This document shows, in pieces, positions 51,471-64,000 of a DNA stretch of 64,000 nt. The notes under the pieces were generated by a model. That model was given only the letters and a program-made list of their open reading frames with translations. It was not told where the DNA came from and ran no database searches. This DNA is from Bugula neritina (lineage: Eukaryota; Animalia; Bryozoa): NCBI GenBank assembly GCA_964035545.1, contig OZ037770.1, positions 10,932,463-10,996,462 on the forward strand, in the 5' to 3' direction. The position numbers were made by a program, and so were the translations under genes. The stretch's first letter is position 1, and the number at the start of each line of letters is the position of its first letter.

Positions 51471-52813
51471 CTTTTTGATTTGGATAAAAGCACTGAGTTA
51501 ATTTATTTTCAGTGCTTATTTGATAAATCAACTATATATATATATGGATTTCACCCAGACATGTTTGAAAGACTGGTATAACATTGTCTTATAGGTATAT
51601 ATATGCTATGTAAATCACAATTTCTGTAGGACAATTAAGTGTAAATGTTTTTTAAAGTTGCATAAAATGTATTTTGTACTTAATTGCAGAACTGCTTTCT
51701 AAGTTCCTTCTTGAAGAACAAATCGAGAAATGAATATCATATCATATTTCACAGGTATATAGATCTGACATTATCATAAAAATTTCTCACATGCTGTTGT
51801 ACGAGAAAGTCTTATATAATGTGGCAGCATCTTTATAATATCGAGATGCTAATAAAAATGTGCTGAATGGCTGAAAAGTTCTTTAGCTCAGAAGATACAT
51901 AACAAACATATCATTAAATTATATTTTTGCAAAGCAACCTTTTACAAGCACACTTGCTTTCAATGTAACATAACTTAAATTTTGTACTTGAACTTGCCTT
52001 CGGTGTTATAGATTTTCAACTTCCTTCTTGTATTAAATACCATATCATATTTCACAGGTAGTTCTGACAATGTCATGAGCTCCTGGTATGTTATTGCGTG
52101 AGAAAGTCTTATATTACATGACAGCACTTAAATTTGTATTATATATTTGTAAAGATGTACTGAATGTGATTTTAAACTTACAAAAACTTCCTTGTCACCC
52201 TGGAGATAAGACTGAATAGAAACTATCAAGTTCACAATCATTGGCGCATAACTCCTTAAATGGAGCGTATAAAGTCACCTCACGCAGCAAAATACCTATA
52301 AGTCATTTGGTCTTTAATTTCTCTTTTGATCCTGATATAAAAATGAAAAAGAGCTATAATATATTGTTTAGAAATTATGCTTAAGTAGAACTCTTAGAGA
52401 GAAGTTCGAAGTTATATATTGCTGCTCATTGTTTGTTGCCAGCTATGATGATTTAAAGGCAGTATAATTTTAATGTAAAATAGATTGTCACGATAATATT
52501 GTTATATAAGAAACCTTGCTATCTCATTTAGAACATCTGTTTCGCTAGCACTCTATTTTTCTGTAATTATTTTCTAAATAGCATTAAAAGTAGTGTTAAC
52601 AAAAGGGTGACCCATTCTAGAACTATTATAGCTATCAAGTAAACTTGTTTGATGTAATATTTAAATCTTTATACTAATTAAATGTTTTTATATAAACATT
52701 GGTGAATCTTTTTCTTCGTTTTAGAGTTGGGTTCATTTACTATATTTATATAGCATTCACCAGCGCATTTAATGTTTCTGATTACAAACTGTTATAATTA
52801 ACCAACAAATTAT

Positions 52814-52876
<63 letters not shown>

Positions 52877-53506
52877 TGTGTGCGTGTGTGCGTGTGTGCG
52901 TGTGTGCGTGTGTGCGTGTGTGTGTAGGTATATATATAACTGTGTACAGTAATACAATGCAAGTATATGCTCTACTAATTAATGCAGTCATATTGTATCA
53001 TCTAATGTTAGACACAGAAGCCTTTGGTAGGGAATGCTTGCCTAATTGACCATATTGCTTATACCAAATGACATTAGTTAGTTAACTGCTCTCATGTTTT
53101 AATGGCAAAAGCATTATCTCCAAAAAAGTAAGAGTAGGTATTGTCTGCTGGTATATAATCTGTTTTAAGTCATACAGTCACATGGATGGCAACGTGATTT
53201 TAGACTTACATCAATTTTTAGAGTTACATAACTTATATATTTTGTACTTGACAATCATTTTCAATTGCTTTCCAACTTCCTTCTTGAAGAACAGAGAGTT
53301 AAATACCATATCATATTTCACAGGTAGCTCTACTAAGAGCATGGATTTCTGGTATGCTGCTGTATAGAAAAGTTTTATATTACGTGACAAGCCTTATATT
53401 CATAAAATGCATTAGATTTCTTTAAAATATGCAAAATCTTCCTTGTAGTCCTGGTTTTAAATTTGAAAGGAATTTATAGAGTTCACAGAGAGTTTAACAT
53501 AATGAA

Positions 53507-53716
53507 AGCAACTATGGCCTAGAGGTGAGAGCACATGGCTTACTAAGCACAAAGTCATAGGTTTTAATCTCCAAAAAAGCAATTGGTGATATGTAAAGTA
53601 GAACCTCTAGTCATAATTGCTCCTGGGCCCCATCTGAATGAGTCCTTATATAGCCCGATTTAACAAAAGGCTCTTTATATCAGAGATGTCAGCTATATAA
53701 ACTTGTGTGAGTTTGA
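53507..53716 (+). mobile_element. tRNA-derived SINE copy
   Basis: TGGCCTAGAGG (A box), a degenerate B box, AATTGCTCCTG and the 3' end TAAACTTGTGTGAGTTT, as in 418-631. Confidence 0.7.
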
Positions 53717-54218
53717 GTAGAACTCAACTAAAGATCATCAACATACTATTGTGATTGAACTTGTTCATCACACAAAGAAATCTATGATTCTAGAATTAAA
53801 ATTGCTTGATCAATCAATTTGTTGTTGAAAAGTCAAATAACACTTATAATTCATACTTTTTCAGACAGCTCTGTTTCTTTAGTGTTGAAACAACTGTTAC
53901 AAGCTTACTAATCAGTATTACGAAGTTGTTAAATAGCACAAAGTAGGAAGTTTTTGAACTGTTGAAATTATTACTCTGTCTTGTGGATATTATATGAACA
54001 TGTCACTAAAAATTGGAAATATATGTGATACCTATAAACTGTTTGACATAAGTTTTGGTGAAACTAAGTCTTTAGGTTTAAAATAATTATCATAATATTC
54101 TATATGTAAGACTGCAATTTTTACTTAGGATAGAATAATTCAGAAAACTTCTTTTTAGGTAAATATATTTTTTTAAATTTTAATAACTATATGTCATAAG
54201 AGTGAAGCATTAGAGTGA

Positions 54219-55686
<1,468 letters not shown>

Positions 55687-55689
55687 GTG

Positions 55690-56329
55690 ATGACTTGAAA
55701 ACGGCACTAAGTGAGAAACTGAGCTTGAGAACACCTGGAACACTTGACGACGCATGGAAAAACTTCAAGAACACAGTTTAGGAAACATCGACGGAGAAGC
55801 TAGGCACGGTTGGCAGAAAACACGAGGACTGGTTTGATGAACACTCCATAGAACTACAAGACTCATTAAGTGAGAGGAACTTAGCACGTTCCGCTGTCAT
55901 GAACCGATCAACCAGGAAAACCAAAGGAAAGTACAGGAAATGTAACAGAGCACTTCAAAAGAAATGCCATGAACTAAAGAACAAATGGTGGCAAGACAAG
56001 GCAGCTGAACTGCAGGAACTGGCTAACCGAAATGACATGAGAGGCTTCTACGAAAACATGATGGCAGTCTGGAGTCCACGTGTAAACCACCCAGACCAAC
56101 TGTTTGACAAGGACAGCCACACCCTCCTCATCCAGAGAGATGATTTGATGCAGAGATGGACAGAGCACTTCCGAACACTCCTAAATGAAACAGAAAATGT
56201 GGAGCCTGACATCACCAGTCACATACACCAGCAGCCAACCCAAGAATGGATGAATGAATGTCCCGATGTCACAGAGGTTATGAGAGTTGTAAACGCGCTC
56301 TCTGACAGGAAGTCACCAGGAGTTGATGG

Positions 56330-56334
<5 letters not shown>
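55690..56334 (+). mobile_element. Inverted upstream part of the same RTE-like LINE (EN-RT linker)
   Basis: HEDWFDE, KNKWWQDKAAELQ, QRWTEHF and KSPGVDG are motifs that precede the RT domain in RTE-type ORFs. Confidence 0.85.
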
Positions 56335-56392
<58 letters not shown>

Positions 56393-56677
56393 TTCATATT
56401 TGGGTTCATAGGTGGTCAATTTGGTATGTAAAACATCCATAGGGGGCTCTATGCCCATAGGGGGCTGCTCATAGGGGGCACCATGTTTGAGTGTTTTAAA
56501 TTACTCAGAACAGTCTGTTATGGTATATAGACACTATTTTAAAAATAGGCTCACAGAAGGACAATTTGATATTTTCCAATACCAGAGGGGGCTCTGTATA
56601 TATATACAAAAAGCCCCCTATGGTATTATAAAATATCAAATTAGGGAGTTGTCTTCCCAAAAACTAATGTAACGTTT

Positions 56678-59600
56678 TTTCACTGTTGGAAACACTTAAT
56701 TACATTGATAATAATATCATTTCAGTTGCTATAATTGTGCCAGGGCTTAAGGTAGAACTTGTATAGAAATCTGGCCTGCATCTCCGTTAAAAAAATTATA
56801 TTTGAGTTGTTGTGAGCTTATATATATTATATCTGCCCCCTATGAGCCTATATATACCATATCTGCCCCCTATGAGCCTATATATTCTATATCTGCCCCC
56901 TATGAACTTATATATATTATATCTGTCCCGTATGAGCTTATAGTCTATATCTGCCCCCTATGAGCTTATATATTCTATATCTGCCCCCTATGAGCTTATA
57001 TATTCTATATCTGCCCCCTATGAGCCTATATACTCTATATCTGCCCGTATGAGCTTATATATTCTATATCTGCCCCCTATGAACTTATATATTCTATATC
57101 TGCCCCCTATGAGCCTATATATTTATTATCTGCCCCCTATGAGCCTATATATATTATATCTGCCCCCTATGAGCCTATATATTCTATATCTGCCCCCTAT
57201 GAACTTATATATATTATATCTGCCCCCTATGAACTTATATATATTTTATGTGCCCCCTATGAACCTATATATTCTATATCTGCCCCCTATCAACTTATAT
57301 ATTATATCTGCCCCCTGTGAACTTATATATATTTTATGTGCCCCCTATGAACCTATATATTCTATATCTGCCCCCTATCAACTTATATATTATATCTGCC
57401 CCCTATGAACTTATATATATTATATCTGCCCCCTATGAGCCTATATATTCTATATCTGCCCCCTATGAACCTATATATATATTATATCTGCCCCCTATGA
57501 ACTTATATATATATATATTATATCTGCCCCCTATGAACTTATATATATATTATATCTGCCCCCTATGAACTTATATATATATATATTATATCTGCCCCCT
57601 ATGGGCATATATATTCTATATCTGCCCCCTATGAACCTATATATATATTATATCTGCCCCCTATGAACTTGAATATATATATATATTATATCTGCACCTA
57701 TGAGCCTATATACTCCATATCTGCCCGCTATGAACCTAGATATGTGCCCTCTTTCACTGTTGGAAACACTTATTTACAGTGATGATAATATCATTTCAGT
57801 TGCTATAACTGTGCCAGGGCTTGAGGTAGAACTTGTATAGAAATCTGGCCTGCATCTCCGTTAAAAAATTATATTTGAGTTGTTGTGAGCTTATATATTA
57901 TATCTGCCCCCTATGAGCCTATATATTCTATATCTGCCCCCTATGAACTTATATATATTATATCTGCCCCCTGTGAACTTATATATATTTTATGTGCCCC
58001 CTATGAACCTATATATTCTATATCTGCCCCCTATGAACTTATATATTATATCTGCCCCTATGAACTTATATATATTATATCTGCCCCCTATGAGCCTATA
58101 TATTCTATATCTGCCCCCTATGAACCTATATATATATTATATCTGCCCCCTATGAACTTATATATATATATTATATCTGCCCCCTATGAGCTTATATAAT
58201 ATATTATATCTGCCCCCTATGAGCCTATATATTCTATATCTGCCCCCTATAAGCCTATATATATTCTAATCTGCCCCCTAAAAGCCTATACATTCTATAT
58301 CTGCCCCCTATAAGCCTATATATTTTATATCTGCCCCCTATGAGCCTATATATTCTATATCTGCCCCCTATGAACTTATATATATTATATCTGCCCCCTG
58401 TGAACTTATATATATTTTATGTGCCCCCTATGAGCCTATATATTCCATATCTGCCCCCTATGAGCTTATATATTCTATATCTGCCCCCTATAAGCCTATA
58501 TATTCTACATCTGCCCCCTATGAGCTTATATATTCTATATCTGCCCCCTATGAGCCTATATACTCTATATTTGCCCGTATGAACTTATATATATATTATA
58601 TCTGCCCCCTATGAGCCTATATATTCTACATCTGCCCCCTTTGAGACTATATATTCTATATCTGCCCCCTATGAGCTTATATATTCTATATCTGCCCCCT
58701 ATGAACTTATATATTCTATATCTGCCCCCTATGAGCCTATATATTTATTATCTGCCCCCCTATGAGCCTATATATTCTATATCTGCCCCCTATGAACTTA
58801 TATATATTATATCTGCCCCCTATGAACTTATATATATTTTATGTGCCCCCTATGAACCTATATATTCTATATCTGCCCCCTATCAACTTATATATTATAT
58901 CTGCCCCCTGTGAACTTATATATATTTTATGTGCCCCCTATGAACCTATATATTCTATATCTGCCCCCTATCAACTTATATATTATATCTGCCCCCTATG
59001 AACTTATATATATTATATCTGCCCCCTATGAGCCTATATATTCTATATCTGCCCCCTATGAACCTATATATTCTATATCTGCCCCCTATGAACCTATATA
59101 TATATTATATCTGCCCCCTATGAACTTATATATATATATTATCTCTGCCCCCTATGAACTTATATATATATTATATCTGCCCCCTATGAACTTATATATA
59201 TATATTATATCTGCCCCCTATGGGCATATATATTCTATATCTGCCCCCTATGAACCTATATATATAATATATCTGCCCCCTATGAACTTGAATATATATA
59301 TATATATTATATCTGCCCCTATGAGCCTATATACTCCATATCTGCCCGCTATGAACCTAGATATGTGCCCTCTTTCACTGTTGGAAACACTTATTTACAG
59401 TGATGATAATATCATTTCAGTTGCTATAACTGTGCCAGGGCTTGAGGTAGAACTTGTATAGAAATCTGGCCTGCATCTCCGTTAAAAAATTATATTTGAG
59501 TTGTTGTGAGCTTATATATTATATCTGCCCCCTATGAGCCTATATATTCTATATCTGCCCCCTATGAACTTATATATATTATATCTGCCCCCTGTGAACT

Positions 59601-60270
59601 TATATATATTTTATGTGCCTCCTATGAACCTATATATTCTATATCTGCCCCCTATGAACTTATATATTATATCTGCCCCTATGAACTTATATATATTATA
59701 TCTGCCCCCTATGAGCCTATATATTCTATATCTGCCCCCTATGAACCTATATATATATTATATCTGCCCCCTATGAACTTATATATATGTATTATATCTG
59801 CCCCCTATGAGCTTATATAATATATTATATCTGCCCCCTATGAGCCTATATATTCTATATCTGCCCCCTATAAGCCTATATATATTCTAATCTGCCCCCT
59901 ATAAGCCTATACATTCTATATCTGCCCCCTATAAGCCTATATATTTTATATCTGCCCCCTATGAGCCTATATATTCTATATCTGCCCCCTATGAACTTAT
60001 ATATATTATATCTGCCTCCTATGAACTTATATATATATATTATATCTGCCCCCTATGAGCTTATATATTCTATATCTGCCCCCTATGAACTTGTATATAT
60101 TTTATGTGCCATCTTTGAGCTCATATACTATTTATGTGCTGCTATGAGCCTAGATATGTTATATGTGCCCCTTATGAGCTCATATATGCTGCATGTATGC
60201 GATCCCCATAAGCCTGTGTATACTATATCTGCCCCATATGAGTTGATGTATACTATGTGTGCCCTATATC
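56678..60270. repeat. ~30-bp satellite (TATATCTGCCCCCTATGA(A/G)C(C/T)TATATATTC) with a thrice-repeated ~140-bp interrupting block
   Basis: Roughly 100 units. The block TTCACTGTTGGAAACAC...GAGTTGTTGTGAGC occurs at ~56679, ~57753 and ~59374. Confidence 0.95.
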
Positions 60271-63200
60271 AGCAAGCACAGTCCACAGCGTCTGATGTGT
60301 ATCATAGTAGGTTTATTAATTTGCATATTTTTAATTTGATGTCTTTCTCTGCAATTATGACTTTCAGCTTTAGAAGTTTTTTTGTTATATGCAGCACGTT
60401 TTCAAATTAAAAAAATTATCAACCTAAGAAGATACATACCTTTTGCTGTCTCCAATTTGCTGCTCAAATTTTTATTTTTGCTTCTGGTAGAAACAAGCAT
60501 TTTTTCTAACAATTTAGTTATAGTGTTTAAAAGTACTATATGGTTTCCCAGCAACCTTTACTTAGCTGAAATGTAACTTTCCAGTGTCAGAATAGCAGCT
60601 TTGACAAAATTTCTCGTATACATATACTGCTAGTAACAGAGAAAATTATCTGTTCCTGCAATTACTTTTACTAAGGTCTATAGAGGGAGACCACATCCCT
60701 ACAATTATGCAAAAGATAATAGACCCCCTGTAGTTTTGGGCCTAGTTTCTTTGCATCTTCATAATCATTTTAATCAGGAAACTTAAGTAAGCTTAGAAGT
60801 TTTTAATTTACTAAAAATGGCTGCTAAGAGGGGTACCTTAGTTTGAACCTTATACAGAAATCCTATAATTAGCCTATTTGGCTGCAACTTCAAAAGCACT
60901 CTCATATTTATAAATTCGTTTGAAGGAGTTTACCCTCAAATACTGTACAATAAAGAAAAAATTTCAAGCTAGCTGTTCTATTTTTCTTGGTTTTGTGTTA
61001 TCTCAGTACACGCAGAGTTTATAGTCTCTATGAGAGACCTTTTTAACTGACTGAGGGCATAATAGCTGAGATCTTGTCTGCTGTCACTACAACACGGACT
61101 TTTATAATAGGAAATATTAAGAAATGCTTGCAGCTTACCCTTGCTACTAAATATTAGACCCTGTAGAATATAAGATAGGCCCTACACCAAGTTTCATTCA
61201 CAATAAATCTAATGGGAATCAGTAGAGATGATGAATTCAAAGTTATTAACACATATTATTGAAAACTATTTATACATGTCTTACTCTTTTTGTTGGTAGT
61301 CAAATTATATGACTAGCAAGAAGTCTAGATTTTGTTATTCACCCATTGCGCGAACAATACTTTTTCTAGCTGCATTATTTTACTTGAAAAATTTTCAAAA
61401 CAGGGAAACCAATTCAGCAACTAGTTTTAAAGTTTGAAAAAGGCATGTAGCACCAGTGTTACACTGGTCATCCGTCTCTATAAGAGTAACAATTCAGTTT
61501 AATTCCAAATAGACAACCCCCTCCATATAGACGCCAAACAATATATTCTACTTAGACTGCCTACTGAACAGCTATATTTAAAAGCGTTAAAAAATGAAAA
61601 TTGTACTTTTTATAAATAATATGTATTTTGCTGGAAATATTTTGTTGCATGCAATTAATAGAAGCTGGGGGAAACCCTGAGTATGTCTCATGTAAACACA
61701 GTTGGAGCAAATGCACTAGATAACTGTAGAATGGCTAAATATTTGCAGCTGTAATACCTCTAAACAATTCAACTAAAAAGTAGACATGGATGTGGACATT
61801 GTGGCTATTTGGTAATTAGTATAATAGCTTAACAGTGGATTTGCTCTTATCCTTACTAAGTGACAGGCAAAGTAAGAATTTACAAAATAAAATCTTTTAA
61901 CAACCTCCTATCCCAATACATTAGGCCAAGAACTACGGCAAATTGAAATTAATGATGGGTGTCTTTAGATTGCCTAACTTTTTTTGGAGCTACTTACATT
62001 TTTCTTTCCTATATTGAAGAAAAAACAGCCATTTAGTTTAGACTTAGCAAAGGCTAGTAACTGTAAGATATGTAGTATTAGTCAAGTAGCTAACCTGTTA
62101 CACAGGAAACTTAATAAATAAAATGTTCTGCCTCAGCAAAAGAAGTTTAAGATTTTTACAACCGTGGCTCATTAAATGCTTGAATATTTTTATGTATAAA
62201 CACCTAAAGTAAGTTTGTGATTTGAAATTAATGGCAAAAGGTTAGACTCAACTTATTTACTATTGCCTTTCTCGGCCTGGGCCCAACCAGGCTAAGCAAC
62301 TTAATTGACTACTAAAAGTTTATGGAGAACTCGAACAGCTGACGTGTAAAACCATGTAAAAGTCAGCCGATCAGCATTGTGTACCAGGTCAACACCCCAC
62401 TATTATAGTTTATATAAAATTCTGCAAGTTCAGTTGCAAAATGCATGCTTCTAGAAAGCAGTTGTGCAACTTTTTTCAAGTGCATTACTTTATTTCATAT
62501 CTTAAATTTATGATCTTTGATGTATTTTTCAAAACAATTAAATTGAGTGTGTATAAAATGCAATTAAAAATTGTATGTCTACAAAAATGACCTGGTACAC
62601 TTTTGCAGCTGAAGGCCAGTTGTTACATAACTCTTAGCTTTATTTGTTCTCTATTATACTAGTATGAACTCTTGTTCTCCAATATGCCAGCTGGTAATGA
62701 GCCACCAGATTTTGGTACAGAACTCTGATTAGCCGGGTTTTTGAATGGTTTTCTAATACATACATCTGATTGCCTGAATAGTGCACACTCCATCTACATT
62801 TACATGGTGCAAGCTACAGGGTAGTATTATACCAACTTTCTGTTTACTAATCTTTTGTTCACAATAGTAAATAGGCTATTCAGCAAAGATTTTATGGCAT
62901 GTAAGCCATGGGAACCATCAACCCTCTCTGCTGTATATATTTTAGCTTGTAATAGCAAGTCTACATCATAGTGTTACTACCAATATTCTCATATAAACTT
63001 ATTCAATTTTCTTCAGATAATAAAATCCCTCCTTCACTCATAGAAAATAACAAGCAATCATTCAATGATTTAGCTTTGGTAAACTATCATGTACAGTTTT
63101 TAAATGCATTTCTTTTAGACTACCCTATTCTTCAGCTTACCAATACCATAGCTTAAAAAATGTGTATTGCAGCTTATGCTAAGCCTGAGTTGGCCGTTTC

Positions 63201-64000
63201 TGAACCTAAAATACTGTTTGTCTCTTATATTTGGACAATAGGTTGAACTAGTCATATTATATTTACTTGCAGGATTTAAAATGCAAGTTTAGCAACAACA
63301 TAGGTTTTTCTTTCAATGAATTATAAACACATAAATTATTGGTGTAGAGAAATTGCAATTTATGCTGCTTATGATAACATAATGTTTTTACACGATCTAA
63401 TCTCATAGCTTTAAAATATCGTAAGAAATTTTTCTATGAAAGTACTGGATTTCATCAGTTATAGAGAAAGTACTAGACTTCATCAGTTATAGAGGGTGGC
63501 TGCAGATTGCAGAGATCCCAGCAGACAATAGGACTTTCAAGAAATGCTAGCTGAAGGCTTTACCCAATACTTTACCATTCAAACAGAATGTAATGGGTGT
63601 CAACATGCATTACATAATGTTGTGACTATGCATAGTAATCTGGCTGTATGAGACAAGGCTTTGTTCATGAATTTAAGCAAATACTTCTGACAAACAACTA
63701 TTGCTTTACTTAGTAGCTGGTTTAAACCCATGCAGCTATAACAACAATAATTTTAATGAATGTTGTGTTTAAGCAATGGGTATAAATCATTCTTACTTTA
63801 AACACTGAAGTATTATCGGGCAATGACTAGTAATGAGGTGGTCAATTTTGATAGACTTTAAAGACAAGTATAAATGAAGCTAATTTACTCCTAAAAAAAA
63901 TTGCAACCAAAAAAGTTTATTCTTTACTGAGTATAGGATTGTCGCATGTTAAATTATAACCTTAACTAAATAAGTCAAGACAGCAAGTGAACTACTTTAG

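Noticed and set aside
56810-60410. CRISPR-like array or LYLPPM repeat proteins
   Set aside because: Eukaryotic tandem satellite with no unique spacers, no cas genes and frequent frame-breaking indels.
60300-64000. Possible genes in the final 3.7 kb
   Set aside because: Only short AT-rich ORFs with no recognisable motif or exon chain; one trivial 28-bp duplication at ~63438-63495.

Overview
AT-rich, intron-rich animal genomic DNA, probably from a spiralian invertebrate (inferred, not verified). Left to right it contains: the first coding exon of DEAF1 (-); a complete ~20-exon EMC1 (+), divergent from DEAF1; a 3-exon neuropeptide precursor (-) with nine YLE(R/K)IGSGNELV-amide-type copies; an 11-exon NOP58 (+) whose introns hold several long GU-rich hairpins; and two tandem 4-exon paralogues (-). 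Each paralogue encodes signal peptide + BRICHOS-like domain + furin site + an unrelated payload peptide + a shared [11 protein letters not shown] tail, and one payload is Pro/Arg-rich. This pair is the best candidate for an undescribed system: a cassette-type antimicrobial-peptide precursor family. The rest is repeat-rich, with tRNA-derived SINEs, MITEs, Penelope-type hammerhead ribozymes in perfect palindromes inside (TA)n tracts, a 5'-inverted RTE-like LINE, inverted duplications and a ~30-bp satellite with higher-order structure. About 60.3-64 kb looks like ordinary intergenic DNA. All gene models were spliced by eye and no searches were run.
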